Assembly: GCA_038063915.1 (NCBI GenBank)
Contig: JBBTUE010000001.1
Location: 23,619-87,618 of the forward strand
Reading direction: 5' to 3'
Length of the DNA stretch: 64,000 nucleotides
From: Patescibacteria group bacterium
GTDB taxonomy: Bacteria > Patescibacteriota > Minisyncoccia > Phycocordibacterales > UBA9973
A program made the translations under genes and the position numbers. Shown one piece after another: positions 8,400 to 17,774 of this stretch. The notes under the pieces are model-generated. The model had not been told where the DNA came from and made no database searches. It saw only the letters and a program-made list of their open reading frames with translations. Numbering within the stretch: the stretch's first letter is position 1; each line of letters starts with the position of its first letter.

Positions 8400-9968
8400 A
8401 TGTCATTTGCAAGGACATATTCTGCGCAAACCCACTTACTGAAAGGCAAAATAGTCACGGTAGAAGTTGATATTACAAAGAACACTCTGCATGCATTTAC
8501 ACTCGTCGGCCTACCAGATAAAGCAGTAGATGAGTCGAAAGATAGAATGAGTTCAGCTCTCAAGAATTCGGGCTTCGCATCTCCTAAAAATCAGAATCAG
8601 AAAATAGTAATATCCCTGTCCCCAGCCGATCTAAAAAAAGAAGGGCCGTATTTTGATTTGGCTATTGCCCTTGCATACTTATTGTCAGCTGAGGAGATTG
8701 ACTTTGATCCAGAGGGGAGAATATTTCTAGGCGAACTATCATTAAATGGCGAGTTGCAGTCGATAAAAGGTGCACTGCCTCTAGTCCAAGAAGCAAAACG
8801 ACTTGGATATAAAGAAATTTTCTTACCAGAGCAAAATGTAAAAGAAGGAGCACTAGTCGATGGTATCTTGATATACGGCGCACGCACTCTAAAAGAAGTT
8901 ATAGATCATATTTACAAAGTCAAAAAAGATAAGAAGGGTAATCCACTAGAAAAAGAGAGGATTAAACTATCGCCGACTCCAAAAACAGAGATAATATATT
9001 CAAATAAAGAAAATTCGATAGATTTTTCTGATATCCGCGGACAAGAAGGTGCTAAACGTGGTATCGAGATTGCTGCTGCCGGTGGACACAATATCGCTAT
9101 GTCAGGACCACCTGGTACTGGCAAGACTATGCTTGCTCGAGTATTCTCCCACATACTGCCTGATCTTAATACAAATGATATTTTAGAGATTACAGGTATC
9201 CACTCTGTAGTAGGACTATTGGATAATGAGTTAGTAACAGTGGCTCCATTTCGCGCCCCGCATCATACTGCGAGCTATGTATCGATGATTGGGGGTGGGG
9301 CTACTCCGAAACCAGGTGAAGTTACTCTTGCTCACAAGGGAGTTCTTTTCTTGGACGAATTTCCGGAATTTGAAAAACGTGTTTTAGAATCTCTACGCCA
9401 ACCACTCGAAGACAATATAGTATCTATATCGCGCGCTCGAGGATCAGCAATATTCCCGTCAAATTTCATTCTGGTTGCTGCTATGAACCCTTGTCCATGT
9501 GGAAATAAAGGTAGCAAGCAAAAGGCTTGTATTTGTAAGCCTAGCGACTTAGATAGATATACTAGGAAACTCTCGGGGCCTATTATGGATCGTATTGATA
9601 TTTGGGTCACAGTTGGGGCAGTAGACTACGAAAAACTTTCAAGCGAAGAACCATCGGGAGAGAAGACATCTACTATAAAAGGTCGAGTAAAGAGAGCTCG
9701 CGACATACAAATAAAGAGATTCAAGTCTGCCCCAAGAAAAATAAATACAAATAGCGAAATGAATGTAAAAGAGCTCGCGATATATGCACCGATTACCCCT
9801 GAAATTAAAAAATTATTAAATGAATCTGCTGAGCGACTTCAACTCTCCGCTCGAGCATATCATCGCACTATCAAACTCGCCCGCACTATCGCAGATCTCG
9901 AAGGTAGCGAAGCTATAACTTCCGGCCATATCCTCGAAGCACTTCAATACAGACCGAGAAGCTCATAA
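8400..9968 (+). CDS. comM: ComM/YifB Mg-chelatase-like AAA+ ATPase
   Basis: Lon-like N-domain (VGLPD, DLAIAL, GELSLNG), GPPGTGKT, LAHKGVLFLDEFPEF, NPCPCG, ARTIADL. Confidence 0.93.
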   Translation: MSFARTYSAQTHLLKGKIVTVEVDITKNTLHAFTLVGLPDKAVDESKDRMSSALKNSGFASPKNQNQKIVISLSPADLKKEGPYFDLAIALAYLLSAEEIDFDPEGRIFLGELSLNGELQSIKGALPLVQEAKRLGYKEIFLPEQNVKEGALVDGILIYGARTLKEVIDHIYKVKKDKKGNPLEKERIKLSPTPKTEIIYSNKENSIDFSDIRGQEGAKRGIEIAAAGGHNIAMSGPPGTGKTMLARVFSHILPDLNTNDILEITGIHSVVGLLDNELVTVAPFRAPHHTASYVSMIGGGATPKPGEVTLAHKGVLFLDEFPEFEKRVLESLRQPLEDNIVSISRARGSAIFPSNFILVAAMNPCPCGNKGSKQKACICKPSDLDRYTRKLSGPIMDRIDIWVTVGAVDYEKLSSEEPSGEKTSTIKGRVKRARDIQIKRFKSAPRKINTNSEMNVKELAIYAPITPEIKKLLNESAERLQLSARAYHRTIKLARTIADLEGSEAITSGHILEALQYRPRSS

Positions 9969-9996
9969 AAAATCCCTCGCTGTCGAGGGATTTTTT
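9967..9996. terminator. Bidirectional terminator
   Basis: AAAAATCCCTCG-CTGT-CGAGGGATTTTT. Confidence 0.8.
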
Positions 9997-10372
9997 ATGA
10001 ATTGTAGAGTACTCTAATTTTTGCTCCGGCAATACCGTCTATCGGTAACCCTTTGGCTCTCTGGAATTCCTCGAGAGCTTTCTTTGTCAGTGGCCCAAAA
10101 CGACCATTAGCTTTATTCTGAGCAAGAGCGATAGCAGCAGGGCCTGTAGCTTTTTTAATTAGAAATTTCTGCAATGCGAGGACGTCACTACCGGCCATTC
10201 CAAATTTAAGATTTCTTTTGACTACTTTTCTAGACTTGGGTTTAGCTGAGTGTGGAGCAGTCTCTGGAGTGATAAGAGTCGGAGTACTAATTAATCGCTC
10301 AGCAGAAACAACAAAAGGACTGCTAATGAAAAATGAAAACATTATTAAAATTGGTATAAATTTTTTATTCAT
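9995..10372 (-). CDS. Secreted peptidoglycan-binding (PG_binding_1-like) protein
   Basis: Signal peptide; GSDVLALQKFL...GRFGPLTKKALEEFQRAKGLPIDGIAG. Confidence 0.85.
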   Translation of the reverse strand: MNKKFIPILIMFSFFISSPFVVSAERLISTPTLITPETAPHSAKPKSRKVVKRNLKFGMAGSDVLALQKFLIKKATGPAAIALAQNKANGRFGPLTKKALEEFQRAKGLPIDGIAGAKIRVLYNS

Positions 10373-11591
10373 TTATTTCTAAGTCTTTATCATTAATTTT
10401 AAGTCCAATATATGGGTTGCGAAGTTCTCCATGGAAACCGAGGTGAAGATGTGGGCCAGTCGATTTACCAGTTGATCCTACATAGCCGATGATGTCACCC
10501 TTCTTTACATCTTGCCCTGCAACCGCAACTACTTTACTCATATGACCAAATATCGCCTGGCGACCGTCATTAAAATCAATCACAACATACAATCCATACC
10601 CACCGTTGTAACCACTTTTATCAGCAATCAAAACATTACCATCCTGAACTGCATATATAGGAGTGCCCTTCGGTGCGGCAAAATCGTAAGCCTGGTCAGC
10701 ATGCAATCCTTGGGAAACTCGGCCTATGCCAACAGGGAATGGCCATATATAGTCTCCACTTATAGTACCTGTCGGTTGACCAGTAGGTGTATTTTCTTGT
10801 TTTGGTTCTTCAGGAATATTACTCATTGGGTTAGGAATGACAACAGGAGTACTTGGAGGTGTAACAGGTGGAAGTGGTTCAACTATTGGGGTAGTAGGAG
10901 TGAGAGCTGTGTCGTTTATTTGTTTTTCTTCTTTTTCAATAACTACTTTCTCTGTATCAACTGGTTTAGTTTTATTTTCCTTTTTAGTTTTGTCGTCTAT
11001 CGGTTTATCGGTAGCCTTTATTGCAAGAATAGTTAGTTTCTGGCCGATTTTTAGTAGGTCGCTTTTCTTTAGGTCAGCATTTGAGGCAATAATGGTGCTT
11101 TTAGGGACTTTAAGCCTATTACTTATACCTTCTAGTGTGTCTCCTTTTTTAACAATATAAGTCGTAATTTTAACAGATGAGTCATATTTTTCAAGCTCAG
11201 AATCAACTCCGAGTGCACCATTGTTGGATAGGAGTGCTTCATTTAGTGCTATAACTGGGGGTTCATCTTTAATATTTTTAAGATCGGGGTTAATCGAAGA
11301 CTCTAGAAGGGGTACATTTTGAGAGTTGTGAATTATACTTTCTTCCTCATTAGGTATCTCTGAAGCTTGAGTTTCTGGGCCAACTATCTTGGTAATTAAG
11401 TTAGAGAAAAAGCCAGCATTTGTATGACTTGGCTTCATTAATATATATATAAATATAAATGCAAACAAACAGACCTTTAGCATTAAAGGCTTGATAAATA
11501 AGGATATTTTCATCTTATGGTTATTTGGGCAACCAAAATCACCATTAGAATCTTTTGTTTTGAGTAAAATAAGCCTAAATAAATTAACCAC
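10365..11591 (-). CDS. LysM + M23 metallopeptidase
   Basis: LysM YIVKKGDTLEGIS; M23 HxxxD-like (LHADQAYDF) and GKSTGPHLH; start uncertain (GTG 11591 with GGGGGTGA SD, or ATG 11513). Confidence 0.88.
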   Translation of the reverse strand: MVNLFRLILLKTKDSNGDFGCPNNHKMKISLFIKPLMLKVCLFAFIFIYILMKPSHTNAGFFSNLITKIVGPETQASEIPNEEESIIHNSQNVPLLESSINPDLKNIKDEPPVIALNEALLSNNGALGVDSELEKYDSSVKITTYIVKKGDTLEGISNRLKVPKSTIIASNADLKKSDLLKIGQKLTILAIKATDKPIDDKTKKENKTKPVDTEKVVIEKEEKQINDTALTPTTPIVEPLPPVTPPSTPVVIPNPMSNIPEEPKQENTPTGQPTGTISGDYIWPFPVGIGRVSQGLHADQAYDFAAPKGTPIYAVQDGNVLIADKSGYNGGYGLYVVIDFNDGRQAIFGHMSKVVAVAGQDVKKGDIIGYVGSTGKSTGPHLHLGFHGELRNPYIGLKINDKDLEINE

Positions 11592-11604
11592 ACTATATCA
11601 CCCC

Positions 11605-11830
11605 CTTTGGGAATTACAGTACGACCGCGTGAGCGAGGGCTGTAATTGTATAAGTAATGTTAGTGTGATTGCTACGATCGTCTCGGAGTGGCCGTAAAAT
11701 ATGGCTTTTACATTCTTTTCGGTAGTTTGGGACTGGATTAGTCCTTATTTACAAGGGTAGCCCAGATGGGGCAGTTAGTCAACGGAGTAATACACAGGAC
11801 CACTTGGAGACTGTTTCTACCCTTATAGTA
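11605..11830 (-). ncRNA. Candidate structured leader/ncRNA upstream of the M23 peptidase
   Basis: GC-richer intergenic with several stems: 11753-60/11817-24, 11730-44, 11612-19/11640-47. Confidence 0.4.
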
Positions 11831-11847
11831 CAACACAGATTTAGGAT

Positions 11848-11877
11848 TTGACAAGTGGGGTAGGTGTGTTGTATAAT
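11848..11877 (+). promoter_or_regulatory. Sigma70-type promoter TTGACA-N18-TATAAT
   Basis: TTGACA 11848-53, TATAAT 11872-77, ATG 7 nt later at 11885. Confidence 0.7.
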
Positions 11878-11884
11878 GGAACAC

Positions 11885-14473
11885 ATGTCAGGACAACCAT
11901 GGAAAGAAGTTCTACGTGCAATCACTTCAAACGGGGGTGGTGGCAATTCTAATGAAGATAACAAAATAAGTAAACAAGAAAGGAAAGCGAGGGAAAAGGC
12001 AGAAAAAAAGTCTGTTCCTGCCCTACAAAACAAAGCTAGAGAAAAAAGATATCCTGTTGTTAATATTGAAACTGGAGGCGATCTAAACGTAGATAGTCCT
12101 CTTATTGAGCTAAGGGAGGTTGGAGACTACAACTCGATTTTGTTGGATGCTAATCCGGGGAAGAAAAAGAAGTCTGAACATTTAGGCAAGTTTAGCCCTG
12201 AAGAAAAGAAGGAGAAAAAATATATTAGATCAGGGGAGTATATGGAGCACTTAAAATCGAAAGTTTTTATGGATCCAGGCCATGCAAGAATGGCAGAGAA
12301 AACTCTGGACTATCTTGGAAAAAAGACATTCACTAAAGAATTAGTAGAAAAGTTATTCAGTGGGTACCCTGATGAGTCTACAGGGACAAGTAATAATGAT
12401 ATAATAAAGAAACGGAACATGCCTGGAAAAAATGAACTCAAAAGTAATGTTGTTGTAGAAAAAAAAGCACCTAATGCTGAAGATTTGAAGTTGCAGAATG
12501 AAATATATAGAGAAGCCGATTATTGGAGAGACATATTGAAAAGAAAATCTGGTGATAAGAAAAGGGATGAGAGGAATATGAGAGAGATGGAGACTTTCGA
12601 ACGTAGCCCTTATGGCTGGATGAAAGAAGCACTCACAAATGCTATTAATAAAAATAAAGCATTACTATCTGGTACTACTGATACTCGTGAACGACAAAGA
12701 ATAGATGAAAAGATTAGGATAAACACAGAAAGTTTAAATAATATTGATCACGCTTTTGAAAAGAATTTACCGCTGAAATTAGACAGGAAATTCACCCCAA
12801 ACGAAATGCCTCTAGGTAAAGACACGATATTCAAAGTGGGTGATTGGACAAAAGAAATAAATGACTATGTTGATGGAAAAAGCTCAAAATACTCTATAGA
12901 AGGGGTAGTTCAACGTCGGAATGACGACTTTATAGTTTTAAAAAATGACAAAGGGGAAACTGTTGAGATAAATCTCTGGGACTTGGCAGATGGAGTAAGG
13001 GAAAATCTCCCAGGGAAAAATGAAGGTGGAAAAGAAAAACAAAGTAAGTTTGAAGAAATAAAAAAAGGGTCTGTAGTTAAAGTTAGAACAGGTGGAGTAA
13101 AAGGCCCCGTGACTACCTACGAAATCTTAGATATTAAAGACGGTAAAGTTTTCTTTAAGAACCTGACAAAAAAACACGGAGGTAGTATGAATATGTCTAT
13201 AGAAGGCATGCAGGCTTTCCTTTCTGGTAGTGGTACAGAATTCCTAGTAGAAGAAAAAAAGGTTTTCGAGAAAGCAAAAGATCCTGTGGTTGAAAATAAG
13301 ACTATCCCAAAACCAAAGCAAACTGTCCCTGAGACTAAACCAGTCGTTATCGGAAGTGTAGATGATGTAAAAAGAATAGATAATGACCTTGGTTATGTTA
13401 ATGCTGCAGTCTTAACGAGAGAACTGAAGATTGATAGAAATAAGGCAGAGGAGTTATACAGAGAGTACATGGCAGGCAAGCCAAATGAGGCGACAGATAA
13501 TAAGACAAAAAAGAAGCCAGGAAAAGGTAAGGTGGAGAAAACTCCTGAAACTAAAACGGCTACGACCGAAGAAAAAACTGACAAAAAGGAAGAGAAAAAG
13601 AAGGCGGAGAAAAAAGAGAAGATCGTAGGACTAAGTGAAGAGAAAATGACAGAGATACTTGGATACACAAAGTCTGTAATGGAAAAGTGGAAAGCTGAAA
13701 AAGCACAAGATGATATTGAAAGACAAAAAGAGGAAGCGGAGGAAAAACAAGACGATGCAGAAAGGCAAAAAGAGCTTTATGAAATAAAAGCTGGTGAAGA
13801 AAAGCTAGCAGAACTCATGAAACTCCGAGAAAAACTCGTCGCTGAAGAAGGATTAAAAGAGAAACCGGAGGAAAATATTAATATAAGAGAGAGATTGGCC
13901 GACAATATTGCGCTACTAAAAGCAAATAAAAAGAGAGCCGAGGACGAACTGGCAAACACAAGTGGGCTCAGACTTTTAAAGGTGCTCGGACTCAATAAAT
14001 CAATAAAAAGAGCGAGAGTAGAATTATTGAGAATGGAAAAAATGGATCTTGAGCTCGATAAAAAAGAAAAACCACTACTCTACTATGCGGCCAGCAGAAT
14101 TACAAACGACTATGTACTACAAGAACTCCGAAATAAAGACCTGGGTGAAGTTATTGATTTGCGTCGTCTAAAAAACACCAATGAATACGAATGTAAAACC
14201 AAATATTTACATGGGACTAGAGAGAATGAAGGATTTTATGAATTCAACCCATTTGGGTTTGTAAAAGTTATAAAGAATGTAAAAGAAATACGCGACGATA
14301 AGGGAGTCAATATAGATTCAGAAGATGCTATATATAAAATACTGAGTCCAGATTTTAAGGTTATCGCCAATGACATAAAGGGGTACACCGAGGCGACGAG
14401 GCTTTATAATCAAGCAACTGAACAATATAAAATGAGGGTCGAAGAAAGATTCAACCAATTAAATAAGAAATAA
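11885..14473 (+). CDS. Large Lys/Glu-rich hypothetical protein
   Basis: Long ORF, charged low-complexity and coiled-coil segments; start inferred from promoter. Confidence 0.8.
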   Translation: MSGQPWKEVLRAITSNGGGGNSNEDNKISKQERKAREKAEKKSVPALQNKAREKRYPVVNIETGGDLNVDSPLIELREVGDYNSILLDANPGKKKKSEHLGKFSPEEKKEKKYIRSGEYMEHLKSKVFMDPGHARMAEKTLDYLGKKTFTKELVEKLFSGYPDESTGTSNNDIIKKRNMPGKNELKSNVVVEKKAPNAEDLKLQNEIYREADYWRDILKRKSGDKKRDERNMREMETFERSPYGWMKEALTNAINKNKALLSGTTDTRERQRIDEKIRINTESLNNIDHAFEKNLPLKLDRKFTPNEMPLGKDTIFKVGDWTKEINDYVDGKSSKYSIEGVVQRRNDDFIVLKNDKGETVEINLWDLADGVRENLPGKNEGGKEKQSKFEEIKKGSVVKVRTGGVKGPVTTYEILDIKDGKVFFKNLTKKHGGSMNMSIEGMQAFLSGSGTEFLVEEKKVFEKAKDPVVENKTIPKPKQTVPETKPVVIGSVDDVKRIDNDLGYVNAAVLTRELKIDRNKAEELYREYMAGKPNEATDNKTKKKPGKGKVEKTPETKTATTEEKTDKKEEKKKAEKKEKIVGLSEEKMTEILGYTKSVMEKWKAEKAQDDIERQKEEAEEKQDDAERQKELYEIKAGEEKLAELMKLREKLVAEEGLKEKPEENINIRERLADNIALLKANKKRAEDELANTSGLRLLKVLGLNKSIKRARVELLRMEKMDLELDKKEKPLLYYAASRITNDYVLQELRNKDLGEVIDLRRLKNTNEYECKTKYLHGTRENEGFYEFNPFGFVKVIKNVKEIRDDKGVNIDSEDAIYKILSPDFKVIANDIKGYTEATRLYNQATEQYKMRVEERFNQLNKK

Positions 14474-14476
14474 TAT

Positions 14477-17395
14477 ATGAACAGAGAATCAATGCCTACA
14501 ACCTTAGCCGAAGTTGATAAACTTATAGCTGAAACCCAAAGCAAACTCGAGGCTGATACAAAGACGTACGAGGCTAATGAAAAAGCAAGAGATGCAAGAG
14601 GAGCAACTAGGGAAGCCAACGAAAAAATCAGAACCGAAAAAGAAGCCTCACAGGAGACAGAAAAAGAAGCGACCATAGATAGAGTCATTGCAGAAGGCGC
14701 TACAAAAGAACAGGCAAATGCTGTGCGTGAGAGTCTGGGTATGGAAGAAGATTTGAGAACTCCAGAGCAAAAAGTCAACGACGCGCGTAATAAATTTATA
14801 AAAGAATCTTTAAAACTTCGAGAGGAAACTCGTAAACGGACAAAAATAGCAAAAATAAAGAACTCAATTCTAAATGTATTCAGAAGTGATAATAAACAGA
14901 AGATCGCTCCTGAAGGAGTTTACCCTACCGAAAAACACAAGGAGGCAAAAAAGTCATACGATAGAGCCAAGACTGAGATGTATAATGACATGCTCAATAA
15001 AAAACGGATAGAACTAAAAGCGACTGGACTAAGTGGTAAGAAATTAGAAAAAGCTCTAACTGAGTACAAAACTACAGAAATAATACTCAAGACTATGCCA
15101 GAAGAACGTCAAAAAATAATTGACGCTAAAGTAGAGAAACCTGCTTTGTGGAAAAAGCTCGTGAGAGGCTATATGAGTATAAAGCCAAAATGGAAAAGGG
15201 TAGCACTCAGTACCGCACTATTCTTGGCACCAGCTGCTGCTGGAGCGATAGGATCTGCAGCTGCACTTTATTCACTTGGAGGATTGGCAGCTATTAAATT
15301 TGGTAGAAGTATGGCCATAGGTGGAATCAGCGCGACACTCGTCAAAGGAATAGATTGGTTGAAACGAGGTAAGGATGCAGAATTCAAAAGACAACAGGAG
15401 ATAAAAACAGCACAACTACAAGGAGAATTCGCAAAAGGTGAGATGACGGTGGAGCAGTTGGAAAAATATGAGAGTGGATCTGAAAGTATCGAAGATGCAA
15501 GTAGAAAGAGGTTGCGTAATCGTATGATACTTAAAATGAGTGTGGGTATTGCTATTGGTGCTGGAGCGGGTGCCTTATCCCACTTTGCTATGGATGGAGG
15601 AGGGCATCATGATGCGATACAACCTGACAATGGTACAGTTACACCAGATGGACCGGAAGTAAATACAAATATTCATAATGTAGTAGAAGCTGATGTCCTA
15701 AAAGGTCATGGAGCAATCCAGACAATATCTGAACTTCAAGATAAACTGAGAGCAGAATATCCAGATGTAACTCAAGCTCCGCCGAGCGTACAACATATAT
15801 TAAGCATGAAAGCTGATCGACTTGCTATCGAGTACGGCATGTTCAAGCCGGGAGATGATGCAGAAAGTGCAATTATGAAACTCGGTTCGAAGTTTGAAGT
15901 AGACACAGACGGAAATGTATCCTTCCACCAAGAAGGAACTACTACTCTATTAGAACAAGGAACTGACTCAGATGTCAGTCAAGTATATGGAGGTAGGATG
16001 ATTGATGGCGACCACTCTGGAAGAGTAGATGTAGATCGAGACCTTCAATCAGAATATGAGAAGATGCACCCACAGACAAATCCAGAAGGAGTAAAAACTT
16101 CTGATATGACTACTGAAGAATACAAACTGGCTCACCCACAAACAGATCCAGACGCACTACCAGAAGGAGTTAAGGTTTCCGACTTACCAGATGAATACAA
16201 ATCAACTCATCCATATTTAGATGAAAATACTCAGACACCCACTGAAGCTTCAACAACTCCAAAAATAGATGAGATAAAGACTAACCCACCAATTGAACCA
16301 TTAAAGGGCAACTGGAACACTGGTAATGAAGGCGTGATTCGTCCTCTGCAAGGCGACTTCAACATTGGAGGAGCAAGTACGCTCGGCACAGTAGGAGTCG
16401 GTCCATCAAATACTAGCGAGATGATCGATAACGGATTCACAAAAGAAGTACCAATGACAAACGTCGCTTCAAATGAAATTCTAGCCAGTCAGAAAATAGA
16501 TAATATAATAAACGTTGAACACGGTCCGAAGAATATAGATATTGACCGTATAGAAAAAGATGTTAGACACTTGGAAACTGTGAAGGATGTGAGGGAAACA
16601 TTTGGCCGTTCAAATGTAGTTATAGACAAGCCAGACGACAACACTATAGATGGAATAAAATACGATGAATGGAATAAATCTGTAAATGACACATTTGAAG
16701 ATCATAATGTGAAATTTACTTCGTACGAAGACTATAACAAGGAACGTGAATTGCAAGGACTCTTTGGCGAAAGCAATAAAGCAGTAGAATATACAGACGG
16801 CAAAAACGAGAACGTCATAACAACGACATATTTCCGCGACCCAGTTGCTCACCCTGAGTGGAATACTATAAGTAAAATCCCAGCTAAAAACTTCTTTGAA
16901 GACAATATCAACGAGACTACTAAACTAGTAGACGGAACTACTATATCAAAGGAGAACCTTGACCAACTAGTAGAAAAAGGAGTCTTAAATGATAATTATA
17001 AATTTACTCACCACGACGAGCTTGAACGTCTATCGAAAACCTATGAAAAGTTAGTTCCTAAAATTGAAGAAGCTCTTGCGAATGACAAACCGATTGGTAA
17101 CGAGACAATGGAGTCTTATATAGAACGTATTACTAAGAAAGTTTACCAAGCAGATGATGGAACACTCTATGGAGTCAAAGGCAACGTAAACTGGGACAAT
17201 CAAATTGCAAGATCTATAAACACAAGTCAAAATATATCCAATTATAGTGGTAATACCCCGACTACTAGCATCGCCCCTGGATATGGCCTATGGCAGACAA
17301 GTAGTGAATACAACAGGCAGATAACCAGTGATGTACTTAGGAGAGTTTTAGGATATAATGACATGACAACTGTAGTCCGTAATCCATTCAGATAA
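14477..17395 (+). CDS. Large hypothetical membrane-associated protein (coiled coil, Gly/Ala-rich hydrophobic segments, acidic C-terminal region)
   Basis: 972-aa ORF; hydrophobic hairpin ALSTALFLAPAAAGAIG... and SVGIAIGAGAGAL; internal short repeats. Confidence 0.8.
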   Translation: MNRESMPTTLAEVDKLIAETQSKLEADTKTYEANEKARDARGATREANEKIRTEKEASQETEKEATIDRVIAEGATKEQANAVRESLGMEEDLRTPEQKVNDARNKFIKESLKLREETRKRTKIAKIKNSILNVFRSDNKQKIAPEGVYPTEKHKEAKKSYDRAKTEMYNDMLNKKRIELKATGLSGKKLEKALTEYKTTEIILKTMPEERQKIIDAKVEKPALWKKLVRGYMSIKPKWKRVALSTALFLAPAAAGAIGSAAALYSLGGLAAIKFGRSMAIGGISATLVKGIDWLKRGKDAEFKRQQEIKTAQLQGEFAKGEMTVEQLEKYESGSESIEDASRKRLRNRMILKMSVGIAIGAGAGALSHFAMDGGGHHDAIQPDNGTVTPDGPEVNTNIHNVVEADVLKGHGAIQTISELQDKLRAEYPDVTQAPPSVQHILSMKADRLAIEYGMFKPGDDAESAIMKLGSKFEVDTDGNVSFHQEGTTTLLEQGTDSDVSQVYGGRMIDGDHSGRVDVDRDLQSEYEKMHPQTNPEGVKTSDMTTEEYKLAHPQTDPDALPEGVKVSDLPDEYKSTHPYLDENTQTPTEASTTPKIDEIKTNPPIEPLKGNWNTGNEGVIRPLQGDFNIGGASTLGTVGVGPSNTSEMIDNGFTKEVPMTNVASNEILASQKIDNIINVEHGPKNIDIDRIEKDVRHLETVKDVRETFGRSNVVIDKPDDNTIDGIKYDEWNKSVNDTFEDHNVKFTSYEDYNKERELQGLFGESNKAVEYTDGKNENVITTTYFRDPVAHPEWNTISKIPAKNFFEDNINETTKLVDGTTISKENLDQLVEKGVLNDNYKFTHHDELERLSKTYEKLVPKIEEALANDKPIGNETMESYIERITKKVYQADDGTLYGVKGNVNWDNQIARSINTSQNISNYSGNTPTTSIAPGYGLWQTSSEYNRQITSDVLRRVLGYNDMTTVVRNPFR

Positions 17396-17432
17396 ATTAG
17401 GATAGATATTATTAATTAATAGTAATAAAATT

Positions 17433-17747
17433 ATGTTTACAGAAATAAACGACAATATAATAAAAACTTTAGGGATAGATGCTCTACCTGTTGAAAAACA
17501 AAAAGAAGCAATGGAGAAATTGGGGGCAATAGTCTACCAAGAAGTTATGCTTCGCGTACTTGATATCATGAATGATGAAGACAAAGATGCTTTCGAGAAA
17601 TTAATAGAGAAAAACCCTGATCCAGAGATAATGTTCACATATCTGTCCGAGAAAGTACCGACTATTGATGCAATTGTGTCCGAGGAAGCTGAGAAATTAC
17701 GGGCAGAGAGTGCAGAAATAATGAGTGAAATAGGTAAAGAAGAATAA
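17433..17747 (+). CDS. Small acidic helical hypothetical protein (type common in CPR genomes)
   Basis: LGIDALPVEKQKEAMEKLG...; clean ORF. Confidence 0.75.
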   Translation: MFTEINDNIIKTLGIDALPVEKQKEAMEKLGAIVYQEVMLRVLDIMNDEDKDAFEKLIEKNPDPEIMFTYLSEKVPTIDAIVSEEAEKLRAESAEIMSEIGKEE

Positions 17748-17774
17748 TTTGGAAAAATGTTACAATAGGCTCTT

